From assembly GCA_046154185.1 (NCBI GenBank), contig JBJXGE010000070.1:129935-193934 (forward strand): a stretch of DNA of 64,000 nt, given 5' to 3'. Source of the stretch: Planctomycetota bacterium. Lineage in GTDB: Bacteria > Planctomycetota > UBA8108 > UBA1146 > JAJFFE01. The position numbers and the translations under genes are program-made. Positions within the stretch are counted from its first letter, which is position 1, and every line of letters begins with the position of its first letter. Below the pieces are notes generated by a model. The model was not told the origin of the DNA and did no database searches. It saw only the letters and a program-made list of their open reading frames with translations. Shown one piece after another: positions 46,670 to 56,101 of the stretch.

Positions 46670-48049
46670 GTGCCCGTACTGCGCAACTTGCTCCGCAAAG
46701 TGGTTCGCTACGAACCGCACGAGCTGCGCGCGCTGCTGTGGGCGTTCGCGTTTTTCTACTTCGTGCTCGCGGCGTACTACGTCCTGCGACCGCTCCGCGA
46801 GTCGTTTGCCGTCAAGGCGGAGCTCGATCTCCTCGCCAGCTTCAGTTTGACTTTCGGCATCATGTTGATAGTCATGCCGCTGTACGAGTTGCTCGTCGCA
46901 CGGTTTCAACGCCGAATGCTCGTCGCATTGGTCTATCGGTTTTTTATGTTGCAGATCGGCGCGTTCTGGCTGCTCTTCGCCTTCTTCGACGCTGGCAAGT
47001 CGCCAGGCATTTCGCAGTGCTTCTTCGTCTGGCTGACGGTCTTCAACGTGCTCATCGTCGCCGTGTTTTGGAGCGTACTGGTCGATCTCTTCAACAAAGA
47101 TCAGGGCCGGCGACTCTTTGGTTTCATCGCGGCGGGCGGTACGTTCGGCGCGCTCTCGGGTTCGATCGTAACGAGCACGGTTGCGCAGCAAATCGGCAGC
47201 GCGAACATTTTCGTCATTTCATTCTGCCTACTGGAGGCAGCCGTCCAATGTAGTCGCTACGCCGTGCGAGCCGGGCGGGCGGCGTCGACAACCGCGAACA
47301 CGCCCGTGCTCGCGAGTGCGCGTGATGCCGAGAACGCGCACGGGAGTGATTCGCGCGGGCCGCGCCTCTTCACGGGTCTTCAGTTCGTCTTACGATCAAA
47401 TCTCCTGCTCTTCATCGCGCTCTATCTTCTCTGTGCCACGATCAGCGCATCGTTCGGATATGCGCAGCAGAACGCCGTCGTCAGAGCGCAGCAACTCGAA
47501 GACGACGCGCGAACTCAGTTGTTTGCGAATATCAATTTGGTCGGGCAACTGCTGGCCGGACTGCTCCAGGCGGTCTTCGCCGCGCGCATCGTTCGACGCT
47601 TTGGCCTGGGCGTGACGCTCGCGGTGCTGCCGGTATTCCACGTGCTCGCGAATCTGACGCTCGGCTGCTCGCCCTACCTCGCGCCGATGTTTGAGCTCGT
47701 GATCATCATGGATGTCTTGCGTCGCGGCATCGGCCTCGGCCTCACGACGCCCGCGCGCGAAGTGTTGTTCACGACGCTGCCGAGCGAGCAGAAGTACCCG
47801 GCCAAGTATTTCATCGACACCGTCGTCTTCCGCGGCGGCGATGCGGTGGCACTCGCGATCTATCGCGTCACCGGCGCCGCCGCCGACATCGCAACGACCG
47901 CACTGCTCGTCGCGCCCCTCGGCCTGGTGTGGGCCGCGCTCGCGCTCCTGCTCGGCAGGCTCCATGCCGACGGGAAGCCGGCACGGGGCGGGTCGTCCAC
48001 AGGGCAAAGCGAAGACGAAGGGCCGAATCTGTTCGTCAACCGAGGTTGA
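46670..48049 (+). CDS. Polytopic transporter, MFS-like / ATP:ADP-antiporter (Tlc/Npt1)-family-like
   Basis: About 12 TM segments. The N-terminal pattern FAFFYFVLAAYYVLRPLRESFAV resembles Tlc-family signatures. The family assignment is tentative. Confidence 0.5.
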   Translation: MPVLRNLLRKVVRYEPHELRALLWAFAFFYFVLAAYYVLRPLRESFAVKAELDLLASFSLTFGIMLIVMPLYELLVARFQRRMLVALVYRFFMLQIGAFWLLFAFFDAGKSPGISQCFFVWLTVFNVLIVAVFWSVLVDLFNKDQGRRLFGFIAAGGTFGALSGSIVTSTVAQQIGSANIFVISFCLLEAAVQCSRYAVRAGRAASTTANTPVLASARDAENAHGSDSRGPRLFTGLQFVLRSNLLLFIALYLLCATISASFGYAQQNAVVRAQQLEDDARTQLFANINLVGQLLAGLLQAVFAARIVRRFGLGVTLAVLPVFHVLANLTLGCSPYLAPMFELVIIMDVLRRGIGLGLTTPAREVLFTTLPSEQKYPAKYFIDTVVFRGGDAVALAIYRVTGAAADIATTALLVAPLGLVWAALALLLGRLHADGKPARGGSSTGQSEDEGPNLFVNRG

Positions 48050-48059
48050 CTGCGCCGGT

Positions 48060-48830
48060 TCAGGTTAGGAGCAGCTCGGGAAACGCCTTTCGCCGGAACT
48101 CTGCGATGACCTGGTCGGTGAGTTTCCACGCGGCGCCAGGAATTCGCACTATCAGTTCTCTCCAAACGGTCTCGAACGCACTAAGCGCATCGCGCTCGTC
48201 GTATCGAACTCCGACCGGCAACAGCGGCGCGATATCCTCGGTCAGGCTGCGCGCGAGCTTCGCCAACATCCGCGCTTCGGCCGTCGCGCGTGTGAGCGGC
48301 TTCCCTTCCAAAGTAGTGCAATGCCGAAAACATGAAATCAATCTGCCTCGATCGAGAGACAATAGCCGGAGGCCCTCGTGCAAATCGAACAAATCGCGGC
48401 CCTTTCTCCGCTGGAGTAGCGCTCGCAACTTGGTACCGAAGATCTCCTCCGGCTCGAACGAAGTGACCTCGCACGCGGCGTCAAACCAATCGCTCTACGG
48501 CAAACGAATATTTCTTGGTGTCGAGCAGGCTGCCGTGCTCTCGTGTGTTCACTTCAATTTTTAGTTTGAGTTTCTCATTCGATTCCGTTTCAGCAGCGAA
48601 ACTGTAAATCAAACGCATCGAGTGGTCAGTTTGCTCTTCACCAATCTCGTAATTGCCGATGCAAAAGCGCGTGGCGTGATACCGAGTTCTCCAAGCGCAC
48701 TTTCGCGTGTGAAGTGCGCGCGGCCAGCTGCGAGCTGGGAATCGATGTAGTCGACTAGAGTTGGCACGCCCGAATCGTATGCAAAAATCGGCAGTAATCT
48801 GGTGTTTTTGCATATGACCTAGGCCCAATT
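48060..48830 (-). pseudogene. Frameshifted fragment of an AbiEii/AbiGii-type nucleotidyltransferase (DUF1814-like)
   Basis: ORFs 48060..48428 (RKGRDLFDLHEGL) and 48481..48828 (KLKLKIEVNTREHG) lie in different frames on the minus strand. No N-terminal nucleotidyltransferase motif was found. Confidence 0.35.
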
Positions 48831-48937
48831 TAAAACCCTGAGCATCCGGAAGGCCTTATCAAGCGGGTGTTAAGCTCGCGACGGCTGAACCAGGTCGCTG
48901 TTTTTTCGCTGACGCCGCGGAATCAACGTGCGCACAC

Positions 48938-49200
48938 CATGCCGGAGCAACCCATTCCAGGAGTGTCAAACGCCAATGTCGAGCGAGTCGTGCGGCGCGA
49001 CTACGCCACCGATCGCATCCCGGAAGCGCTGGAGATTCTCACCGAGTACGGCCACTCTGCCGAGCGAGCAGAAAGACCCGGCCAAATATCTCATCGCACC
49101 GTCGTCTTCCGCGGCGGCGATGCGGTGGCGCTCGCGATCTATCGCGTCACCGGCGCCGCCGCCGACATCGCTACGACCGCGCTGCTCGTCGCGCCCGAAG
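48938..49200 (+). repeat. Chimeric duplicated segment: 5-prime part of gene 49665..50024 fused to a copy of the 3-prime part of transporter gene 46670..48049
   Basis: 48938..49054 matches 49667..49783 (MPEQP.P.VS.A.VERVVRRDYATDRIPE). 49055..49200 matches 47775..47925 at about 90 percent identity (VVFRGGDAVALAIYRVTGAAADIATTALLVAP). The junction is at CTGCCGAGCGAGCAG. Confidence 0.55.
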
Positions 49201-49664
49201 CGGCGATCCCCGTGACGCCAATTCTGCCTCGGAGACTGAGAACAGCCGCGCAGCGTACTCCGCCGCACTCGCGATGCCTTCGCGCGCGGACATCGGCCAG
49301 CTAAAGCTCTGAAACTCGGGCCCACGGGACACGAACGCTCGGCTGTCATCGATGAGCGCTTCGATGTCGGCATCTACAATCGGACTGCCATCGGGATCGA
49401 TGACATCGATTCGGAGGGGATATCCTCGCACGAGCGTGTATTGCAGAAACAAGTCTTGCGTCACCTCAAGCACCAACCTTGGGGCGAGACAGTTTGGCGG
49501 CAATGAATGCAGCGCGACGGAAGCGATCGCCAAATATGCCGAGATTCGCCTCGTGTTGCTACTCACGACCAATTCAAATGGCAACAGCGCAACCGTGCGC
49601 GTGTTTGAAAGACGCAAGGTGTCGGATCGCCGAACGCTAACACGAAGGGAAACGGGCGCACGCC

Positions 49665-50024
49665 ATGCCAGAGCAACCAGTACCACGAGTGTCGGACGCC
49701 GATGTCGAGCGAGTCGTGCGGCGCGACTACGCCACCGATCGCATCCCGGAAGTGCTGGCGATGCTCAACGAGTACGGCCAGGAACGTTGGCAGCAAGAGC
49801 CTGCGCGCGTTCGACTCGCCGTACTGCGGTTAGCAGCGGGGAACATCGCGCGACTTCGCGGCGAGATTGAGAGCGCGAAGTGTGACTATCGCGATGTACT
49901 CGCGCCCGCCGAGTATCCGAATTACTTCAAGCGAGTCAGCGGCGTCGGGTCGCTGCCGCCAGCGGAAGAGCAACGCATAATTGACGCCGACTGGAAGCAG
50001 TATCAGGATTGGCTCAAACGCTGA
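49665..50024 (+). CDS. Hypothetical protein (119 aa)
   Basis: Intact ORF with no recognisable domain. A truncated paralogous copy lies about 700 bp upstream. Confidence 0.45.
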   Translation: MPEQPVPRVSDADVERVVRRDYATDRIPEVLAMLNEYGQERWQQEPARVRLAVLRLAAGNIARLRGEIESAKCDYRDVLAPAEYPNYFKRVSGVGSLPPAEEQRIIDADWKQYQDWLKR

Positions 50025-50099
50025 TGACGTCGACCATGTTGTCATTGGGCGCCTGAAATTCCTCGCGCCGCGGAGGCGCGCATCTGTACGCGCGAATGC

Positions 50100-50624
50100 G
50101 TGCGGTTGCTGAACGGAGCCGCGTTGCCCTTCACGCCTTTTCATTTTGGGCCCGGAGTTGCGGTTCACGCCGTCGCGCCGCGGCATGTGAGCTTTCTCGC
50201 ATTCTGCACCGCCAACGTGCTCATCGATGTCGAGCCGCTCTACTTCATACTCACGGATGAGTTTCCGCTCCACCGTTTCTTTCACACTTATCTGGGTGCG
50301 ACCATCGCTGTGTTCGCCACCGTCGCGCTCTTCGCAACCGCGCTCAAACTCGCAGCCGCCGCGACCCTGCCGAATCTGTTTGGATGGAAGCAACTCACGG
50401 CGCGCCCGATCGCGCTCGGCGCCATGCTCGGCGGCTACTCGCACATACTCCTCGACAGCCTCATGCACGCGGACATGCGACCGTTCGCGCCGTTCTGCGC
50501 CGCCAATCCGTTGCTGAGAGCGGTCTCGAATGACGCCCTGCACTGGGCCTGTGTCGTCTCAGGCATGGCGGGAATCATCTTCCTGGGCGTCCGCAAGGCG
50601 CTGCGGATGCCGCGAAAAAACTGA
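50100..50624 (+). CDS. Membrane-bound metal-dependent hydrolase-like protein (YdjM/DUF457-like)
   Basis: Polytopic, with conserved His/Asp positions (FHFGPG, IDVEP, HRFFHTYLGA) similar to the inner-membrane hydrolase family. Confidence 0.45.
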   Translation: MRLLNGAALPFTPFHFGPGVAVHAVAPRHVSFLAFCTANVLIDVEPLYFILTDEFPLHRFFHTYLGATIAVFATVALFATALKLAAAATLPNLFGWKQLTARPIALGAMLGGYSHILLDSLMHADMRPFAPFCAANPLLRAVSNDALHWACVVSGMAGIIFLGVRKALRMPRKN

Positions 50625-50715
50625 CGCCGCGCGTAGCGGATCCATGCTGCGTCTGGCAAAGTGTGTACGCGTAACGATCCTTGTTGAGTTCCGCGCAAAA
50701 TAGAATCGTCCACGC

Positions 50716-51051
50716 ATGAAATTCGCCTCCGTTCGTCGCATCGCCATGGCGCTGCCCGAAGTCACGGAGCAGCCGCATTTCGAGTACGGCTCGTTTCGCG
50801 TGCGCGGAAAAATCTTCGTCACAATGCCGCCGGATGAGAAACACATTCACGTGTTTGTCACCGGCGAAGATCGCGAACAAGCGCTCGCCATGTACGCAGA
50901 TTTTGTCGAGCCGCTTTTGTGGGGTGGCAAGATCGCCGGCGTCCGCGTCGTTCTCGCTTCCGCCTCGCCAACGATCGTCAAACAGCTCGTGCGGCGCGCC
51001 TGGGCAACAAAAGCGCCAAAGACGCTTGTCGCGAAAGCCAGGAGTCAATAA
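50716..51051 (+). CDS. MmcQ/YjbR-family protein
   Basis: RRIAMALPEVTEQPHFEYGSFRVRGKIFVTM matches the family signature. 111 aa. Confidence 0.6.
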   Translation: MKFASVRRIAMALPEVTEQPHFEYGSFRVRGKIFVTMPPDEKHIHVFVTGEDREQALAMYADFVEPLLWGGKIAGVRVVLASASPTIVKQLVRRAWATKAPKTLVAKARSQ

Positions 51052-52223
51052 TGAATCGGTCGCGCCGCACACTGTGTCGATCGTCAGTCATCCTTTGCGT
51101 GAGCGCGAGCCTGCTTGCGATTTTGTCGGCGGCCACCAACGACGCCGCGTCAAAACAGAAGTCGCCCGAGGATGTCGCTCCGCTCCTCAAGGATCTCGTC
51201 GCGAAGCACAAGGTCCCGGGCCTCGTGGCGCTGGTGCTCAAGAACAACGACGTCGTCGGACTCGGCGCCGCCGGCGTGCGAGCGGTCGGTCACGACGCGC
51301 CGATCACAGTGACCGACAAGTTTCATCTCGGCTCGTGCACAAAGGCGATGACCGCGACCTTGTGCGCGCGACTCGTCGAGCGCGACAAGCTCAAATGGAA
51401 CTCGACGCTCGCCGATGTGTTTCCCGATTTTCGCGACAGCATGCACGCCGACTTTCGCGGCGTGACGCTCGAGCAACTGCTCAGTCATCGCAGCGGTCTG
51501 CCTGGCCACGCGAATCGCGACGATCTTTGGTCGCGCTTATGGGCGCACAAGGGCTCGACGCGCGAAGGGCGTCGTCTGGCGCTCGAGAGCTTGCTCAAAC
51601 ATCCGCCTGAGTCGGCGCCTGGTACGCAGTTCATCTATTCGAACATGGGCTACATGTTGGCTGGCCACATGGCGGAGCAAGTGACCGACAAGTCGTGGGA
51701 AGAATTGATGCGCGAACTGATCTTCAAGCCGCTCAAAATGGCGAGCGCCGACTTCGGCGCGCCTGGGACAGCCGGCAAGTTCGATGAGCCGTGCGGTCAC
51801 AAGACGGATGGCAAGTGCGTCGAACCCGGCCCGGCCGCCGACAATCCGCCGAGCTTGGGACCGGCCGGCACCGTGCACGCACGCATGGAGGATTGGGCGC
51901 GGTTCGTCGCGCTCCATCTGCGCGGCGCGCGTGGCGACGCGCCGCCACTCTTGCGCACGGAGACATTTGCCCGGCTGCATGCGCCCCTCGGCGCCGATAA
52001 GAACTACGCGCTGGGCTGGAGCACGACCGAACGCGAGTGGGCGCAGGGTCCCGTCCTCACGCACTCCGGCAGCAACACGATGTGGTTTTGCGTCGTGTGG
52101 ATCGCGCCGAAACGCGACTTCGCGGTATTGATCGCCTGCAACCAGGGCGGCGGTTCGGCGGAGCGCGCGTGCGACGACGCCGCCGGAGCGCTGATCGCGC
52201 GCTTTCTCACCGAGAAGAAATGA
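51051..52223 (+). CDS. Secreted serine hydrolase of the beta-lactamase/class-C-like family
   Basis: ATG at 51051 overlaps the upstream TAA (TAATG). Signal peptide present. S-x-x-K motif in FHLGSCTKAMTA. YSN-like motif in IYSNMGY. Confidence 0.75.
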   Translation: MNRSRRTLCRSSVILCVSASLLAILSAATNDAASKQKSPEDVAPLLKDLVAKHKVPGLVALVLKNNDVVGLGAAGVRAVGHDAPITVTDKFHLGSCTKAMTATLCARLVERDKLKWNSTLADVFPDFRDSMHADFRGVTLEQLLSHRSGLPGHANRDDLWSRLWAHKGSTREGRRLALESLLKHPPESAPGTQFIYSNMGYMLAGHMAEQVTDKSWEELMRELIFKPLKMASADFGAPGTAGKFDEPCGHKTDGKCVEPGPAADNPPSLGPAGTVHARMEDWARFVALHLRGARGDAPPLLRTETFARLHAPLGADKNYALGWSTTEREWAQGPVLTHSGSNTMWFCVVWIAPKRDFAVLIACNQGGGSAERACDDAAGALIARFLTEKK

Positions 52224-52330
52224 TCGCGTGCGCGAAACACGCGGAGATAGATCTGTCCGGTCGGCAGTGATATTGTTTGCGACAGAAACGAATCTCGCGC
52301 TCGTTCAACATTTTGGGATGGGAGGCGCTG

Positions 52331-53086
52331 ATGTCGCATCGAGTTCTGTTCGTTCTGGGTTTGTTCGTGGCGATCTGCTTCGCGACCCCGAGTTCTGCTC
52401 AAACGACGCCTTATCAACTCAACCCGACCGGCACCGACTACACGTACGGCTGCTACCCGCCGTGCTTATGCCCCATCTTCGTCGGCGAATTCATGACAGG
52501 CGGCTTCGAGTTGACGTTCACGAGCTTCGACGGGCTCTACAACAACTACGACATCACCGGCATCGATTGGGCAACGACCGGGAGCCAGCTCGTCGGCTCC
52601 GGCACCTATAGAGTCTCGGTCGGCGCGCCGGAAGTGATGCACGAGATCACGCTCGATCTCGCCATTAATGGCGAGCCCCATCTGTTAGTCAGTGGACTCC
52701 TCCCGACTGACGACATCTTCCCGACGATTCAAATCGGCGCCGCCGAGAACGGCTACTTCTGCTTCGATTACACCGTGCTGATCGACGCCACACCGGTGTT
52801 CGCGCCAGCGCCGGATTTCGTCCGTGGCGACTGTAACGTCGACAACTCGACGAATATCGCCGACGCAATCTTCGCGCTCGACACGTTGTTCATTCCCGGC
52901 TCGACCGGCGGCCCTTGCGCGAAAGCCTGCGACGCGAACGACGACGGCAGCTTCAACCTCGCTGACGTGATCACGCTCCTGAGTCATTTGTTTTTGTCGG
53001 GGCCGATCCCGCCGCCGTTTCCCGGTTGCGGCGCGGATCCCACAATGGATAGCTTGAGCTGCGACGCGTTTGGGTTCTGTCCATAG
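52331..53086 (+). CDS. Small secreted protein with C-terminal Cys-rich dockerin-like module
   Basis: Signal peptide MSHRVLFVLGLFVAICFATPSSAQ. The C-terminal 90 aa (nt 52814..53083) are FVRGDCNVDNSTNIAD...CDANDDGSFNLAD...PFPGCGADPTMDSLSCD...CP. Confidence 0.65.
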   Translation: MSHRVLFVLGLFVAICFATPSSAQTTPYQLNPTGTDYTYGCYPPCLCPIFVGEFMTGGFELTFTSFDGLYNNYDITGIDWATTGSQLVGSGTYRVSVGAPEVMHEITLDLAINGEPHLLVSGLLPTDDIFPTIQIGAAENGYFCFDYTVLIDATPVFAPAPDFVRGDCNVDNSTNIADAIFALDTLFIPGSTGGPCAKACDANDDGSFNLADVITLLSHLFLSGPIPPPFPGCGADPTMDSLSCDAFGFCP

Positions 53087-53285
53087 CCGCCGACACTCGA
53101 CCTCGATGCGCGAGATCCGAAATTGTCGATTCAGAGTACATCGGCATCGACCTCGGTTCGGATCTCGCACTGTTTGTGCTCGACGCACTGAATCGCATTG
53201 ACCTCCCGTGGCGCTTGCATCGCCCTTTTCGAATTCGCGCCAGGAGAGTCTCGGCGCGTACTCCCACATTGAAATCGATACCGTC

Positions 53286-54959
53286 ATGACCCGAACTCCC
53301 GCGAGATTCCTCGTCGTTGCGCTCCTAACGACTGCCATTCGGCTCGCCGCCGTTGCACAGGATGTCGCCCCTGGCAACGCCGAGGAAATCGCACGGCTCG
53401 AGCGCGTCGAGGAACTCACCGAGGACCTTGCCAACGACTTGCTGGAACTTTCGGTGGCGGTGCGGGACGGTGATAAAAAACTTATCCGCGAGTTTTTCGC
53501 GGATAAGTTGAACTCCGCACCGCTCACGTGTGAGCCGGGTGCGCTCACCGCGAATCTCAAGTGGCTGGCGAACCGCGCGTGGGGTCCGCACTCGGCGGAC
53601 GGACCAACCGGGAAGCAGCAGGCCGTCACCGGCGACCTCTTTCTCGAGCGGTGGCTGCGCTTGCTAGCGCACTTCGATTCGATCGACGACGTGCGCTTCA
53701 AAGTGAAGGAAGGCGACTTCGACGACAACGGCGTCGCCAAAGTCCGTGTTTCGTTCTACGTCATCGGCCGCAATCGACAGTCTCAACGCGAATGGCTGCG
53801 CGGGAATGTCTGGATCACCGCAGCCAAATCCGCCGGGCACTGGCGGTGGAGCAGCTACCAACCCCTCTCGATCGATTCACTCGTGGCGCAAGAAGATTTG
53901 TTTTCGGAAGTGGCCGACAGCTCCGGCCTCGCCTTGGAACTGCCACCTTACACGGGCGGCTACGCCTGGTACGGCGCCGCAACGGCGGACTTCGACAACG
54001 ATGGTTTTCTCGATCTCTTCACGACGACTGGCGCGCACAATCGCCTCTACCTGAACCGAGCCGGCCGAGCGTTTGAGGATGTCTCCGCGGCCACTTCAGT
54101 GGCGTCGCTCGCGTCAGGACTCGCGCCGCTCATCCTCGACTACGATCATGACGGCGATCTGGATGTGTTCTTGAGCGGCATCGGACCGCAAACACTGCTG
54201 CAAAACCGCCTCGTCCCCGATGGCAAGCTCAGCTTCGACGATGTCTCACTCACCGCGGGCGTCGCTCGCGACGCGGTCGGATTCTCAGCCGTCGCCGGCG
54301 ATGTCGATGGCAATGGCTGGGAGGACATCTACGTCTGCTCCTACAATCATTACGGACGCGTAACGCCAAACTCGTGGTTCAAGGCGACGAACGGCACTCC
54401 AAACCTGTTGTTCGTCAACAACGGCGATGGCACGTTTCGTGAAGCGGCGGCAGCGTGGAAGGTCGACGATTGGCGCTGGAGTTATGCCGCGCAGTTCGTC
54501 GATCTCGACCGGGATGGCCGCATCGACTTGTACGTTGCGAACGACTTCGGCGAGAAGGCGCTGTTCATGAATAAGGGCGGATACTTCGAGGACGAGGCCG
54601 CGCGCCGCGGCGCCACCGATGCCGGCAATGGTATGGGCGTTTCGTTCGGCGACTTCGACAACGACGGGCATCTCGATGTCCATGCGACCAACATGTCGAG
54701 CACGGCCGGGAATCGCATTATCGGCCGAATCTTCGCGGGTGCGACGAGCACCAACAATGTGCTCAAGAAACTCGCGTCCGGCAACAACCTGCTGCGCAAC
54801 CGCGGTGACGGCACATTCGAAGATGTCACGACGGCCATCGGCGGCTTCTCAGGTGGATGGGCTTGGGGCGGCGGCTTTATCGACTTCGACAACGATGGGT
54901 GGAGTGACTTCTTTTGTCCAAATGGGTTTGTCTCCGGCCCATCGATGAAAGACACCTGA
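53286..54959 (+). CDS. CRTAC1-like FG-GAP/ASPIC-UnbV repeat protein, N-terminal part up to an in-frame TGA
   Basis: Signal peptide MTRTPARFLVVALLTTAIRLAAVAQ. Repeated DFDNDGxLDL and DYDHDGDLDV calcium-binding loops. The ORF ends at TGA 54957-54959, in frame with the next ORF. Confidence 0.65.
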   Translation: MTRTPARFLVVALLTTAIRLAAVAQDVAPGNAEEIARLERVEELTEDLANDLLELSVAVRDGDKKLIREFFADKLNSAPLTCEPGALTANLKWLANRAWGPHSADGPTGKQQAVTGDLFLERWLRLLAHFDSIDDVRFKVKEGDFDDNGVAKVRVSFYVIGRNRQSQREWLRGNVWITAAKSAGHWRWSSYQPLSIDSLVAQEDLFSEVADSSGLALELPPYTGGYAWYGAATADFDNDGFLDLFTTTGAHNRLYLNRAGRAFEDVSAATSVASLASGLAPLILDYDHDGDLDVFLSGIGPQTLLQNRLVPDGKLSFDDVSLTAGVARDAVGFSAVAGDVDGNGWEDIYVCSYNHYGRVTPNSWFKATNGTPNLLFVNNGDGTFREAAAAWKVDDWRWSYAAQFVDLDRDGRIDLYVANDFGEKALFMNKGGYFEDEAARRGATDAGNGMGVSFGDFDNDGHLDVHATNMSSTAGNRIIGRIFAGATSTNNVLKKLASGNNLLRNRGDGTFEDVTTAIGGFSGGWAWGGGFIDFDNDGWSDFFCPNGFVSGPSMKDT

Positions 54960-54970
54960 AGCCACTTTTG

Positions 54971-54987
54971 GCGTCAGGTCGTGACGC
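54971..54987 (+). promoter_or_regulatory. SECIS-like 17-nt hairpin 11 nt downstream of the in-frame UGA
   Basis: GCGUCA-GGUCG-UGACGC: a 6-bp perfect stem with a loop containing GGUC. The 11-nt spacer after the UGA at 54957-54959 is the canonical bacterial SECIS spacing. Confidence 0.4.
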
Positions 54988-56054
54988 AAACCAACAATCC
55001 AACCGCTGAGTCTGCACTGCGCAGCGACCAGTCACGCCTCATGGGCGCTGAGGGATTCTCATTCAGCGGCTATGAGCGCGATCCGCTGTTCTTGAATCTA
55101 GCTGGCAAGAAGGTGCTGGACATCTCCGGTGTCTCGGGCGTCGACTCCATTTCCGACGGACGCGCCGGCGTGTTTGCCGACTTCGACAATGATGGCGACA
55201 CCGACATTTTCATGAACAGCATTCAAGGCGCCGCGCACATGCTGTTTCGCAACAACGTGGGCGCGGCAAGTGGCTGGCTGCGCGTGACGCTGACGGGCGA
55301 CGCACGCACTGGCCCCGAAGCGTTCGGCACGCAAGTGCGAGTGAAAACCACGAGCGGCGTGCAGACGAAAGTCAAAAGCGGCGGCGAAGGTTATCTTTCG
55401 CAGCACGACCCGCGCCTGTTGTTCGGATTAGCGAAAGGTAGTTCCGCAGAGTGGATCGAAGTGTATTGGCCGGGTGGCCGCACGGATCGATTTGACGGCC
55501 CATTCGCCGATGGCAGCGAGCTGCGAATCCGTCCCGGCATAAAAGCTCCCGAGTTGGCCCCGCTGCCGCGCGGCGCATTGCCGGATTCGCTGACGCGGGC
55601 CAATACCGCGTTGCGACCGCTCGCGTTGCGCATCGGCATGAAACTGCCCGATCTCGAGATCACCGAAACCTCCGGCGCGCGCGTGCCGCTCGCCGCGCAA
55701 CGGAAGCCGGGCCGTCGCTTGCTCGTCAATTTGTGGGCCACCTGGTGCGGCAACTGCGCTCGTGAGATGCCGCAGCTCGATCGCCTCGCTCCCGCATTGG
55801 CGCGCGGCAACATCGATCTCTGCGGCATCAGCGTCGACACCGATGCAGGCGTCGACATCGCCGCATTCGCGAGCGCTCGAAAACTCAGCTATCCGCTGGT
55901 AAAAGGCGGCTCCTCCGCGGCCGAAAAGCTCTTCCCCGGCGGCAAGATCTCGGTACCGATCACGCTGCTTTTGAGCGACAACGGCACAATTTTAGATGCT
56001 TGGAGTGGGTGGAACGCGGAGGTCGAAGCCGCCATCCGTGCGCTCGCGCCCTGA
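54981..56054 (+). CDS. Continuation of the CRTAC1-like protein: ASPIC/UnbV domain plus C-terminal TlpA-like thioredoxin domain
   Basis: Same reading frame as 53286..54959. FADFDNDGDTDIF and ASPIC-type GTQVRVKT..GEGYLSQHDPRLLFG motifs. The thioredoxin CxxC is WATWCGNCAREMP. If translated independently it would lack a signal peptide. Confidence 0.6.
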   Translation: MTQTNNPTAESALRSDQSRLMGAEGFSFSGYERDPLFLNLAGKKVLDISGVSGVDSISDGRAGVFADFDNDGDTDIFMNSIQGAAHMLFRNNVGAASGWLRVTLTGDARTGPEAFGTQVRVKTTSGVQTKVKSGGEGYLSQHDPRLLFGLAKGSSAEWIEVYWPGGRTDRFDGPFADGSELRIRPGIKAPELAPLPRGALPDSLTRANTALRPLALRIGMKLPDLEITETSGARVPLAAQRKPGRRLLVNLWATWCGNCAREMPQLDRLAPALARGNIDLCGISVDTDAGVDIAAFASARKLSYPLVKGGSSAAEKLFPGGKISVPITLLLSDNGTILDAWSGWNAEVEAAIRALAP

Positions 56055-56101
56055 TCTAAGGGATGTTCGAGCGGTGCTCGTTTTTCTGAGAGGTCTTTTG
56101 A

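Noticed and set aside
45524-47191. 555-aa antisense ORF spanning the SDR and transporter genes
   Set aside because: Extremely Arg/Glu-rich. It is antisense to two well-supported genes and is a GC-content artefact.
54957-54959. Treating the CRTAC1-like interruption simply as two independent genes
   Set aside because: Both ORFs are in the same frame with continuous domain architecture across the stop. The downstream piece lacks its own signal peptide and RBS. One gene with a recoded or mutated UGA is the better model.
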